Source: Candidatus Thorarchaeota archaeon
GTDB taxonomy: Archaea > Asgardarchaeota > Thorarchaeia > Thorarchaeales > Thorarchaeaceae
Length of the DNA: 23,976 bases
Reading direction: 5' to 3'
Assembly (NCBI GenBank): GCA_003345595.1
Contig: PRDI01000103.1
Span: 1-23,976 of the forward strand
The first letter of the stretch is position 1. Each line of letters opens with the position of its first letter. Below the pieces are notes generated by a model. The model saw only the letters and a list, made by a program, of their open reading frames with translations, was not told the origin of the DNA and searched no databases. Position numbers and translations under genes: made by a program. Below, in pieces: positions 7,201-16,350 of this stretch.

Positions 7201-8418
7201 ATGAATAAAGGAATCATGTTTGTTCTATTGTTCATTATCGCCGTGCCTACTGTTTCTGCTGATACCGTGTCTCTTGATGAGTCTGATCCGCCAAGAGTTG
7301 CCTTCATTATGCCCACATTCAGCAATACTGCTTACGGTGTTGCATTCTACAATTTCTATCGTCTCCACGCTGATGATAATCAGACGTACATCACGACCGA
7401 TTTGCAGTACTTGAATGTCACAGTAATGGCTGGTTGGAGTTGGAGCAAGGGACTCGATCAGTTTCTAAAAGCAACCATAGATGTCATGCCTCAGCTATTT
7501 GAGGGCGGCAAATGGACCGTCATTGATGAGAGAAATGTTGCCCTGGGTGCATTGTTCTTCGAAAATGGGAGCCGAGCTTATGATGTCGTGGTGTGTGGCT
7601 TCATTGAGTATGTGACTGCGAGAGAGTATGCTGACTACAAGCGATTTGTTGCTACGGGTGGCACGCTCGTACTCAATGATGCCTGCAACTTCCTTGCAGA
7701 GGTGGCCTACTATCCGTGTGCAAATGGGTCAGGTTATCTCAGTCTGGTCAATGGTCACGGGTGGGCATTCAACGGCACGCATGCGTGGCGGTCGGTGTAT
7801 CACAGATGGCCAGAAGAGAATCGGAACTGGGTGGGGAGCAACTACTGGAGATGGTGGGGCGGCACACATTACGATGGCTTTGACGCAAACACTACTCATC
7901 CGATAAGTGAGTTCATCTGCAGCCAATATGGCGCTCATGTATCAGGGCACTACGGAGCTCACGAAGAAAACAAGATCGAAAACATGACCAACACTCGGAT
8001 TATCGGGTACTGGCATTTCGTTGACTGGGCCGAAGCTCCCAATGAACTTGTCGCGGCCTATCAACACAACTACCTCCAGGGCAGCGTGTTCCATAGCGGA
8101 ATCATGGCAAGTGAAGTCTTGTGCAAGGATGCCTTTCTCGCATCATTCTTGATCGGTGCGATTCGGACGGGACTTGGGCTAGATGCCTCGCATGATACCT
8201 TGTATGAAGAGATGTATCCGGCTATAACGACCACTACCACAACTACAACTACGACTACAACAAGCGCCACGATAACAACGTCAAACACCACCATTGGGAC
8301 AACAAGCTCTACTTCAGTCTCAGATGGCACAGATCCCTCGGTGATAGTGCTATTCGGAACACTCGCAGGAGCTGCCGTGCTTGGTCTAGTCGTTGTTGTT
8401 ACTAGACGAAAGCAATAG
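7201..8418 (+). CDS. Secreted, C-terminally membrane-anchored protein with an N,N-dimethylformamidase-beta-like (class I GATase-like) domain and Thr-rich stalk
   Basis: Signal peptide MNKGIMFVLLFIIAVPTVSA. Segments 'PTFSNTAY' and 'YDVVVCGFIEYVTAREY...FVATGGTLVLNDACNFLAEV' resemble the DMFase-beta C-terminal family. Ends with poly-Thr, a TM helix and an RRKQ tail. Confidence 0.7.
   Translation: MNKGIMFVLLFIIAVPTVSADTVSLDESDPPRVAFIMPTFSNTAYGVAFYNFYRLHADDNQTYITTDLQYLNVTVMAGWSWSKGLDQFLKATIDVMPQLFEGGKWTVIDERNVALGALFFENGSRAYDVVVCGFIEYVTAREYADYKRFVATGGTLVLNDACNFLAEVAYYPCANGSGYLSLVNGHGWAFNGTHAWRSVYHRWPEENRNWVGSNYWRWWGGTHYDGFDANTTHPISEFICSQYGAHVSGHYGAHEENKIENMTNTRIIGYWHFVDWAEAPNELVAAYQHNYLQGSVFHSGIMASEVLCKDAFLASFLIGAIRTGLGLDASHDTLYEEMYPAITTTTTTTTTTTTSATITTSNTTIGTTSSTSVSDGTDPSVIVLFGTLAGAAVLGLVVVVTRRKQ
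8227..8262 (+). repeat. Poly-threonine (ACN)12 low-complexity tract
   Basis: Twelve consecutive Thr codons using all four ACN codons, within a longer Ser/Thr-rich linker. Confidence 0.9.
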
Positions 8419-8693
8419 CTCATACAACCTCCCATGCGTGATTGAAACGCCTTGTCTGGACTGTCAGCCCATGAGCCTATGGAAGTTGGTTCAGTAGGCT
8501 TCGCGACATTATGACGTGCGACATAGACACTGAAACGGATTCGTCCTGCAGCTTGCGATGACGTGTTTCGTTCGATTCTGTTCTCCTGCCCCCAATCACA
8601 TATACATCTGTAATGTCATCATCACGAATATCATACACACTCTTATGTTATTGACAGCGCAACTCGTGTCCAGCTGTTCGAAGGTGGTTACCA

Positions 8694-9581
8694 ATGATAG
8701 CTGCCGTCCAATCTGTACCACTCTCTCATCCCGTCAAGGTAAGACTCGGGGGAATGAGAGACTGCAAGGACATACTGACAGTGTATCAGACAACCCGCTG
8801 GCTTCGGCACAGGTACACGAACGTCGAGGAAGTAAAAGCAGAGCATAGAGCAATAGGCCTAAGCAGCTGGGGGTGGTTGGTTGCCGAGCTGGACGGACAT
8901 GTGGTAGGAGAGATTCTATTCAAGGTCGAGAAGAACCCTATCACGGGTACGGTCGGTGTCATATCGAGCATGGATGTGGACATTAGGCATCAGAAGAGAA
9001 AGATAGGAACTCAGCTTGTGACGGCCGCAGAGGAAATCATGAAGCACAAGAGAGCAAGCAGAATCACAGCGATTTCGCCACCCGAGGCCTACAACTTCTG
9101 GATGAAGATCAAGTACTTCGCACGCGGCTCGCTCATCAATGCTTCGTTGCCACCAAGACAGATTCCGCCCCGGAGCACAGCAAAGGTGATCACTCACATC
9201 CTCAAAGAACCGGGTCAGATTCACAAAGACTGGATCTTCTCCCATATTGCACCGCCAGGTGACTTCACCTCACTCCTAAGCGAAGTCGTGGATAGAGGCC
9301 AAGATGGAACGGTCGCAGCGTACTACTCTGGCAAGACGTTGGTAGGTATCGGGATAGCTGTGCGCGGTGATGACAGGACTGCTCGATTCCTTTCAGACGT
9401 AACAGTGGAAGGGTTGGACTACAGTGACGTCGTGATATCGAGGACGGCCAAGTTTGCGTCCACTTGGAGGGCTGCTTCCGTCTGGACCAGAGTGCCCAAA
9501 GATCATGTTAATCGGTTTATGTCGCTTGCAGACTGGAAGATTGAAGTAGCCAGAGAGATACCAGTGACTCGCCTTCTCTAG
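8694..9581 (+). CDS. GNAT family N-acetyltransferase with an extra C-terminal domain
   Basis: 'WLVAELDGHVVGEI', motif A 'VDIRHQKRKIGTQLVTAAEE' and 'AYNFWMKIKY'. The exact start is uncertain. Confidence 0.8.
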   Translation: MIAAVQSVPLSHPVKVRLGGMRDCKDILTVYQTTRWLRHRYTNVEEVKAEHRAIGLSSWGWLVAELDGHVVGEILFKVEKNPITGTVGVISSMDVDIRHQKRKIGTQLVTAAEEIMKHKRASRITAISPPEAYNFWMKIKYFARGSLINASLPPRQIPPRSTAKVITHILKEPGQIHKDWIFSHIAPPGDFTSLLSEVVDRGQDGTVAAYYSGKTLVGIGIAVRGDDRTARFLSDVTVEGLDYSDVVISRTAKFASTWRAASVWTRVPKDHVNRFMSLADWKIEVAREIPVTRLL

Positions 9582-11161
9582 CTCTCGGGCTTGGACTCTT
9601 CGGTGACTATCGGAACTACCCAGTTCGTGAAGACAAGGGTTGTCCCGATCGCCCATATGCTGGCCATATTGAAGTGCCACACCACAAGCGGGTACGTGTT
9701 TACTCCAAGTAGAAAGAACAATGCAAACACTACAATTGCGAACACTATATCTACGACGATGACCGGTCTGACCGGCTTCCCTTGCCTCCATCTGATTACT
9801 GGTATTGCAGCAGCAAGGCCCAGGAGCACGACGAAGCTGACAATCTCCTCGGGCCTAAACGTGGCAAAGCCGAATTCTCTCTGAACTTGCGTCTTCAAGC
9901 CCTCCGGCGTTATCACAACGACCGTGACATTGTGTTGCGCTTTCGTGTAGCTACCAGTGTCGATCTGAAAGGTATAGAGGCCGACGTTCACAGTCACGTT
10001 CACAAGTCCGCTGACTGGCACGCCATCCACATAGACTGTGACATTCACGTCTTTCCAAGTACTGTTGATTCTCACCGTGAATGAAGCCATGCCAACAACG
10101 ACATCGCCCGTTACCGCTGTAAAGAAAGCAGCAGGCACTCCATGGTTGTCAACAACAAGTTCCATCCCGTACACCCATCTGTGGCCGAAGGCATCATATG
10201 CCTTGAAAGTGAAATTGTGTCGGCCCTCCGAGTAGACTGTCACGTCTATCAAGATGGGAGAAGTACCGCGCAGCAATGTGACATTATCGACATTCGGGAC
10301 AAGAACATCATCGACGTATGCAGAAAACGTGACGTTCTGATATGGCGTAGAAACCTTCACTGAAATCGTCTGATTGCCCTTGACCGTACTAAACGTGCTC
10401 AGTCCCGTGATTGTGAATCTCACATAATCAAGGAAGTATAGAGTCCTTGATTTTGAGGCCTTGAGGCCTTCCTTTGTGTAGACGGTGACATTTACTACAT
10501 GTTGACCATTGTCGTAGCGCGTGCCATTGATAGTGTAGTTCGCTGCGCCTACTGGAACCAGGGTGGCATTGAACTCGTTAGTCATCTGCCCGTCGACCGT
10601 GACATTCACGAAGACCTCAGCATAGTCCGACGTTATGTTAAGGTAGATCTTGTCCATACCTGTGAAGGTCCCGTTCTCAGCAGGAGCAAGAAACACCAAT
10701 GCTGGTGAACCATGGTTGTCCACAAGAAACACGAGATAGTATGAGTCCCTGTCAGGTGGAACGAAGTTGTAGTTTTCGAAGAGGAGAGTAAAGTTCAGAT
10801 TGCCCTCAGCAAGTACCGTGCTGTTCACGGTGACGTTCTGGAGTCCCGCCCCGATTAAGGTTCGATTGTAGGCAGGATAGATCTGTCCCTGTACAAACAG
10901 AGTCAAGTTCAGAGGTCCATTGACTGAAGTGATATTGAGAGTCATATTGAAGATTCCGACAACCCGGCTCCTGTTCGCAGGCGATATGAGAACGGGTGTG
11001 ATATTCGCTGAGTGGAAGCCGCTAGATGCCCACACATCTTCTTGACCGCCGACAGCATTGGAGCTCGTCAACAAAGGACAAGTCAATGGCTGAACTTGGA
11101 CGGCTCCTACGATCAAAGATGACACAATCAACAGGAGTAGGAGTCTACTACTTCTCATCAC
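9578..11161 (-). CDS. Cell-surface glycoprotein with four Ig-like beta-sandwich repeats and three C-terminal TM helices
   Basis: Signal peptide, four ~90 aa beta-rich repeats, 24 N-x-S/T sequons counted by eye and three hydrophobic C-terminal segments. Confidence 0.8.
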   Translation of the reverse strand: MMRSSRLLLLLIVSSLIVGAVQVQPLTCPLLTSSNAVGGQEDVWASSGFHSANITPVLISPANRSRVVGIFNMTLNITSVNGPLNLTLFVQGQIYPAYNRTLIGAGLQNVTVNSTVLAEGNLNFTLLFENYNFVPPDRDSYYLVFLVDNHGSPALVFLAPAENGTFTGMDKIYLNITSDYAEVFVNVTVDGQMTNEFNATLVPVGAANYTINGTRYDNGQHVVNVTVYTKEGLKASKSRTLYFLDYVRFTITGLSTFSTVKGNQTISVKVSTPYQNVTFSAYVDDVLVPNVDNVTLLRGTSPILIDVTVYSEGRHNFTFKAYDAFGHRWVYGMELVVDNHGVPAAFFTAVTGDVVVGMASFTVRINSTWKDVNVTVYVDGVPVSGLVNVTVNVGLYTFQIDTGSYTKAQHNVTVVVITPEGLKTQVQREFGFATFRPEEIVSFVVLLGLAAAIPVIRWRQGKPVRPVIVVDIVFAIVVFALFFLLGVNTYPLVVWHFNMASIWAIGTTLVFTNWVVPIVTEESKPES

Positions 11162-11220
11162 GGAGCCTTCCTTACAATCAGTCCCCTTTGGTCGGGCGAT
11201 TGAGCAGCAGCATTGAGGCC

Positions 11221-11230
11221 GTTTTTAAAG
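11221..11230 (-). promoter_or_regulatory. Candidate TATA box for the surface glycoprotein gene
   Basis: The minus strand reads CTTTAAAAAC about 60 nt upstream of the start codon. Confidence 0.35.
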
Positions 11231-11401
11231 CTAGCGCCAGTAGCAGAGCTGTACTGCCCTACGCACGGCTCAAAGGGCGAATCTCCGATGCTGACTTTGG
11301 AAATGACTGCAGACGGTTCCGTAACAAATCCATTGTCAGATCGGACCGCGCGAGAGAACGAACTTGGAGAGGGCCATAGATGCGCTGGACCAGACAATCC
11401 A

Positions 11402-11680
11402 TCAGGAGCGGGCAACGGCCCATGGACTCCACTGAGTTCGGTCAGTGCGAGTCTCAAGGTACTCTGAGAGTTCTCTTCTTATCTCATCAAGCTCAGATTG
11501 ACGCGAGTTACCCTCAGCAAGGGTCAGCTCTCCAACAATCTGGTCGAATATGTTTAGGGGAACGTTCCGGAAGCATCCCAGTACGTAGCTCTTTGAGGCT
11601 CTCTTCTTTCTCTCCAAGAACGCCTTCATAACACCTTTGAGGTAGTTGCGTTCAGCAACTGAGAGCCGCGTGAGTTTCAT
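11402..11680 (-). CDS. Small hypothetical helical protein (92 aa)
   Basis: ATG start with TATA-like TATTTAAG about 25 nt upstream on the minus strand (leaderless geometry). Amphipathic helical composition with a basic patch 'ERKKRASK'. Confidence 0.6.
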   Translation of the reverse strand: MKLTRLSVAERNYLKGVMKAFLERKKRASKSYVLGCFRNVPLNIFDQIVGELTLAEGNSRQSELDEIRRELSEYLETRTDRTQWSPWAVARS

Positions 11681-11785
11681 AGTAGAGTACTATTCCAATC
11701 ATTCCTTAAATAGAAACATCCGATGAATCCAAAACCTTGAGCACATCAGTAATGATGCAACCAGAACTGGCTACGTGAAGAGAAG

Positions 11786-12343
11786 CTATGGCATAGCGAG
11801 AGTGATGCCCAGACGATACGCCTCTTCCAGCTTCTCGGGGCAACTCGTAACATGGACATCCCTCTGACTCGCCTCATCGAGAGAACAGAACGTAAGCACA
11901 CTCAGCCTGAACCGGAAGAATATTTTGATCCGCTCGAAGAACGCGACTGTCGACTGGTAGTGATGCCTGTATGTGAGTATGATGACAAAGTGTTTGTCCA
12001 CGAAGTACTTCTCAGGATTCATCGCCAATGCTTCCATTCTGTCAACCACTGTCTTGAGCTGAGCAGTCATGTATCCCCAGTACATGGGCGTTGTGAAAAC
12101 GACAATATCGGCGTCGCCAAATACGGAGTAAATCTGCTGCATATCATCTTTGATAGCGCAGCTGTTGTCAACAGATGTTTGACAGTGCTCACACCCCTGG
12201 CAAGGCCTGATGCTCATTTCATTGGCATAGAAATCCCAGGTCTGGATTTTTCCAGCGGTTTCTAGTCCTCGAATGAAATGCTCGGCCAGAGTATCTGAGT
12301 TTCCACCTCTTCGAGGAGATCCGTGGAGCACTACCGCTTTCAT
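11786..12343 (-). CDS. Flavodoxin-family iron-sulfur flavoprotein (Isf / NADPH-dependent FMN reductase family)
   Basis: 'GSPRRGGNS' FMN loop, Cx2Cx2Cx7C motif (CQGCEHCQTSVDNSC), 'IKDDM' and 'TPMYWGYMTAQLKTVVDR'. Start moved to ATG 12343. Confidence 0.9.
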   Translation of the reverse strand: MKAVVLHGSPRRGGNSDTLAEHFIRGLETAGKIQTWDFYANEMSIRPCQGCEHCQTSVDNSCAIKDDMQQIYSVFGDADIVVFTTPMYWGYMTAQLKTVVDRMEALAMNPEKYFVDKHFVIILTYRHHYQSTVAFFERIKIFFRFRLSVLTFCSLDEASQRDVHVTSCPEKLEEAYRLGITLAMP

Positions 12344-12413
12344 CGAGTAATCGCGCTTTTTCGAAAACGAGCGCTTTTGAAGTGCGTATCTATTCAAGCA
12401 ATGAATTCGGTCT

Positions 12414-13649
12414 TCATCTTCTTAGTGCAAACGACAGAAACCTGTCGAGCCGCTCGCTGTAGTCGCCAAGGATGAGTATGTGATGGTTTGCCAGGGACCG
12501 CTCCAGAAAGTAGGTTACAGGCTTCTCGACGTGGACTCTCACCTGTGTCCTGCATCCGGCCGAATTTGTGAGGTTCTCCTCTATGGAACCGCCCGAAACC
12601 CAGTACTCCGACAGGTCGTTGCCCCATAACTTGAGAAGAGTGACAGCTTGGGGTATGAAACGACCTCTGACAGCGACGCTTCTTCCGGTTTCAAAATGCG
12701 AAGTCAGGTCGTAGTCGGAAACCAATGAAACCGGGACAGTACAGTGAGCAAGCACAATCGAGTTCGCATCACTGTCCACATCTGTCACATTGGCCATGAA
12801 TGCAGGTTGTCCTGTCGCATATTTGGCAACCATCATTGTAAATGTGGACGGAACGTCGCCCTCGCAACCTGCTGCTAGGCCATCAACATCGTTCAGCCGT
12901 GACATCGCACAGCACCCACTGATTCCACTCTGCTCGAGGAGGGCAAAGCACTCGACAGTGACGGCGTTGAGCTTGTGCCTGTTGACCAGGCTCAAGAGAG
13001 CCCGCGCTACAAGACCAGCATTCCTGATGTCTGTATCCGTCACATCCTTGGAAATCGCCCGCGCCGCGAAGTCATCGAGATTGACTCTGGTGTCTTCTCC
13101 GTCGCTATCGGCGCTCGCCCCACTGATCTCGCTCAAGGGTATCTCGACTATTGATGAACCCCATGTTTCTTCAACGGCAGACGGAATGACGTGGGATGAT
13201 ATCAACCACGAAGATGGCTTGCCGACTAGGCCAATGCGCGAAGAGCGAATCCTGTGTTCCATGTTCGAGTAGTCCTGCCATTCCCTCAGCCTCTCCACGA
13301 GTTTCGGCAGTGATGCATGCGTGATACGAGATTGTAGACCTTTCACGCTCAGGTATGCTCGAGTTTCCATTGCAGCCGGAAGTGAGTTGTTCCCATCGTG
13401 GCTTAGTAACATGATCGGGGGCCCCAGATTGATCCTGCTCAGAAAAGCTGCAATGAGGCTCTCAGTGCCGCCGGATCCCACGAAGACTACGTTATGCTGA
13501 TTGAGAGTTACTTGGTCCCGGTTTGCTAGGACCAAGAACTCCTCCGGAGACATTACGCTGACCCCAGACTTGCGCAGCTCACCCTGTACTTTGACCCTCG
13601 ATCGCTCCGGAGTAATGGGCGAGAAGAAGGCGATGACATTTATGGCCAT
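12414..13649 (-). CDS. L-fucose/L-arabinose isomerase-related protein
   Basis: 'GSGGTE', 'NSLPAAME', 'TVECF', 'GCEGD', 'LAHCT', 'SHFE', 'CRTQ' and 'NHH' motifs, typical of the short fucose-isomerase-like family. Confidence 0.8.
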   Translation of the reverse strand: MAINVIAFFSPITPERSRVKVQGELRKSGVSVMSPEEFLVLANRDQVTLNQHNVVFVGSGGTESLIAAFLSRINLGPPIMLLSHDGNNSLPAAMETRAYLSVKGLQSRITHASLPKLVERLREWQDYSNMEHRIRSSRIGLVGKPSSWLISSHVIPSAVEETWGSSIVEIPLSEISGASADSDGEDTRVNLDDFAARAISKDVTDTDIRNAGLVARALLSLVNRHKLNAVTVECFALLEQSGISGCCAMSRLNDVDGLAAGCEGDVPSTFTMMVAKYATGQPAFMANVTDVDSDANSIVLAHCTVPVSLVSDYDLTSHFETGRSVAVRGRFIPQAVTLLKLWGNDLSEYWVSGGSIEENLTNSAGCRTQVRVHVEKPVTYFLERSLANHHILILGDYSERLDRFLSFALRR

Positions 13650-13723
13650 ACTGCCAAGGTCATGGCTTCCAAGAATATGACTCTAGCGGGTGACTTGTTG
13701 ACGACAGCCAAGCGGCTACGTTA

Positions 13724-14383
13724 CTATCTGAAATGCTTGAGAATGTCTATTACTTCCGAGTCTGGGACGTCATACCAGTCCTCGTACGCATCTGCGACTG
13801 CAAACACCGCACCACTTTCAATCCTTGGACACACAAGACGATCGACAGCTGCACCGACCTTCTCTGCGGCCCCTGCAGAAGCCGTGGGCACTGCAACAGT
13901 AATAGCAGAAGGTCTGAGATCCCTCAGCGACTCGACTGCCGCAAGCATCGTGTAGCCCGAAGCGAGCCCATCATCCACAAGAATCGTGTGCTTCTTTGAC
14001 GGATTTGAGTGGCCAATCAGCCCCGCGTAGGCTCTCTTTCTGTCGGCAATCTGCTTCTCGGTGTTTTTCCTCACGAGATCTAGATCCTTCCCAGTGAGAC
14101 CTAGTTGCCTGACGAGTGGCTCATTGAGAATCATCTTGCCAAAGGATGTGAGCGCGCCGAAGCCCGCTTCTGTGTTGTAGGGAATCTGGAGCTTCCTAAC
14201 GATCACTGCATCAAGTTGGGCATGCAAAGACTCGGCAATAGGGGCTGCTACTGCCAGACCTCCATTCGGGATAGCCAACACCAGCATGGGGCCGCTAGGA
14301 AGCGTCGACAGCTTATCTGCCAACACTTGCCCTGCGTGCCGTCTATCTCGATAACTCGGCAGCAAACGAATCACCTGGGCCAT
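13724..14383 (-). CDS. Type I phosphoribosyltransferase family protein (COG1926-like)
   Basis: 'YRDRRHAGQVLA', 'LAIPNGG', 'VRKLQIP.N.EAGFGA' and PRPP-binding loop 'ILVDDGLASGYT'. GAGGGGT RBS. Confidence 0.9.
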   Translation of the reverse strand: MAQVIRLLPSYRDRRHAGQVLADKLSTLPSGPMLVLAIPNGGLAVAAPIAESLHAQLDAVIVRKLQIPYNTEAGFGALTSFGKMILNEPLVRQLGLTGKDLDLVRKNTEKQIADRKRAYAGLIGHSNPSKKHTILVDDGLASGYTMLAAVESLRDLRPSAITVAVPTASAGAAEKVGAAVDRLVCPRIESGAVFAVADAYEDWYDVPDSEVIDILKHFR

Positions 14384-14542
14384 ACACCCCTCTTCAGGTC
14401 TTAGATGTTGTGCCGTTCACGTATGTTGGACTGGGTCGGACATGCGTTCCTTGCTTCCTCAGCAATGGGATTGGAACCATGATTGTCCATCAATTCCGTA
14501 CAGAAATGACTTTGGCATCATTGTCAGGCTGCCGCTCCCAAC

Positions 14543-15808
14543 TTAGGTTTGTAGGAAGACTCCTACCAAGAAATACGCATTGAAAGCCAGTATGAGCAAC
14601 GCAAAAGCCAAGGCTACGAGTGTAGTTGTTGTGCGGTTCACGAACTGACCCATTACCCTCTTGCTGGCAGTCAAGTAGAGGATAGGTATCAATGGAAGTG
14701 GTATCAACAGGCTCAAGATGACTTGGCTATAAACCAGTAGATCTAATGCATTGAATCCAACGTAAATAGCGACGAATGTCGGGACCACATTGATTACGCG
14801 CAGGACAACCCTTCTCAGCCACGGGTGGATTGTTCTGCCAAGGAGTCCTTCCATCAGGGCCTGACCAGCGAGCACGCCAGTCGTTGAAGATGACAGCCCG
14901 GATGCGAGCAGGGTGATAGCGAAAACCGAACTGGCCAAGACCCCGAAGAGGGGAGTCAGGGTATGATATGCCTGCTCCAAAGTATTAACAGGTTCTCCAG
15001 TACCGCTGAAGGCCGCAGCAGCCATTATCAGGATTGCAGCGTTCACTAGCCCAGCAATGGAGAGGTTAATCGCGTTATCGGCAAAGTGATACCTTAGTAG
15101 TCGATGCTTTTCCTCGTCATCGCCAACAGTCAGCTTGTTCTTGGTCAGCCAAGAATGAACAGCCAAGGCGTGTGGCATTACGGTTGCACCTATTATTCCT
15201 ATCACAAGAGGACCAGTAGCCGGGGTCAGTGTGGGAGTAACGCTGTGGAGTGCAACAGAAATGAAGTCAGGCTGCGTGATAAAAATCTCATAGACATAAC
15301 CGAAACCTATGATTGAAACCAAGATGCCAACCAACGTTTCTATGCGCCTGAACTTTCGCCCTGCCAGAGCGAAAATGAATATGACATCAAAGGATGCTAT
15401 CGCAGCAGCCCACAGAAGAGGTATTCCTAGGAGCAGGTTAAGTGCAAGAGCTACACCGAGGAACTCGGCCAGATCTGTAGCTACAGCGAATGTTTCGCAC
15501 GAGAGCCAGTAAGCTAGGACCTTTCTCCTCGACTTCAACCTTTCTCGTACTAGGTCCGGCATACTGCGACCAGTAACTATTCCGATCTTTCCGGAGAGAT
15601 ACTGCAATAACATTGCCATTATGCTGGCAAGCCAGACCACCCAAAGAAGGTCATAATTGTAACCTGCTCCTGCCGCTATGGCCGTTCCGAAGTTGCCAGG
15701 ATCAACATACGCAACACTCACTACCAGCGCCGGTCCGAAGAACTTCAGAAACTGACTATTCCTCACTCGGGTTGGCGACCTTGCTGCTTTCGGCGGCGCA
15801 CTGGACAT
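14543..15808 (-). CDS. mntH: Nramp-family divalent metal (Mn2+/Fe2+) transporter
   Basis: 'AYVDPGNF', 'TDLAEFLG', 'GATVMPHAL', 'ASGLSSSTTGVLAGQ' and 'LVYSQVILS'. Likely start is ATG 15808 (the ORF track extends to 15904). Confidence 0.92.
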   Translation of the reverse strand: MSSAPPKAARSPTRVRNSQFLKFFGPALVVSVAYVDPGNFGTAIAAGAGYNYDLLWVVWLASIMAMLLQYLSGKIGIVTGRSMPDLVRERLKSRRKVLAYWLSCETFAVATDLAEFLGVALALNLLLGIPLLWAAAIASFDVIFIFALAGRKFRRIETLVGILVSIIGFGYVYEIFITQPDFISVALHSVTPTLTPATGPLVIGIIGATVMPHALAVHSWLTKNKLTVGDDEEKHRLLRYHFADNAINLSIAGLVNAAILIMAAAAFSGTGEPVNTLEQAYHTLTPLFGVLASSVFAITLLASGLSSSTTGVLAGQALMEGLLGRTIHPWLRRVVLRVINVVPTFVAIYVGFNALDLLVYSQVILSLLIPLPLIPILYLTASKRVMGQFVNRTTTTLVALAFALLILAFNAYFLVGVFLQT

Positions 15809-15937
15809 TTCAGAGTATCTGGCTCCTTTGCTTTCAATCTGATTGTCCAAGAACGCGACACTTAAGGGTAGCTCAGGCTTTCGCCAATCAGTAAGACTAA
15901 TCATGACATAGGCTCCTCCTGCAAGACGGTGACATAA

Positions 15938-16330
15938 TTGGTGAAGGTATATCGTGCCTCTGATTCGGAGCTAGTCGGCATGGGAGGCTATGGCCGAAAA
16001 TACGTGGCTGACGTGAAGTTCAGAAGAAACCTTGACACTGCTGGATTCATCTGGGTCAAGGTGCCGGGCGGAATGAAGACAGATCCCCACCTGCATGAGA
16101 AGCTTGAGGAGGCCTTTGTATTCCTAGACGAAACTAGCATGGGCGTAGGTGGCACTGTCTATCACGTGTTTGAGGGCGACGTCATCGTGGTCGAACCGGG
16201 CGAGTTGCATTGGTTTGAAACCTCAAAGGACAATGACGCGAGGTTCATCGCCGTCAAGTTTCCCAATTTGAAAGATGATAAAGTCGAGCCAGGTCAAGCT
16301 CCCTCGAAACCACCTAGACCCAGGAAGTGA
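15938..16330 (+). CDS. Cupin domain protein
   Basis: Cupin motifs 'PGG.KTDPHLHEKLEEAFVFL' and 'GDVIVVEPGELHWF'. GGTGA RBS upstream. Start TTG 15938 or GTG 15941. Confidence 0.88.
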   Translation: MVKVYRASDSELVGMGGYGRKYVADVKFRRNLDTAGFIWVKVPGGMKTDPHLHEKLEEAFVFLDETSMGVGGTVYHVFEGDVIVVEPGELHWFETSKDNDARFIAVKFPNLKDDKVEPGQAPSKPPRPRK

Positions 16331-16350
16331 TAGTCTCCAGTCGCTTTCCT

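Noticed and set aside
8227-8262. Contingency microsatellite or phase-variation tract
   Set aside because: All four Thr codons are mixed, so it is not a slippage-prone perfect repeat.
11158-11457. 99 aa minus-strand ORF between the orphan and the surface protein
   Set aside because: Non-ATG start, overlap with the 92 aa ORF, Ser/Pro/Gly-rich non-globular composition and an internal TATA-like element. Probably non-coding.
15809-15937. DtxR/MntR box or yybP-ykoY riboswitch upstream of mntH
   Set aside because: Only a weak resemblance (TTAAGGGTAGCTCAGG), with no convincing palindrome or aptamer.
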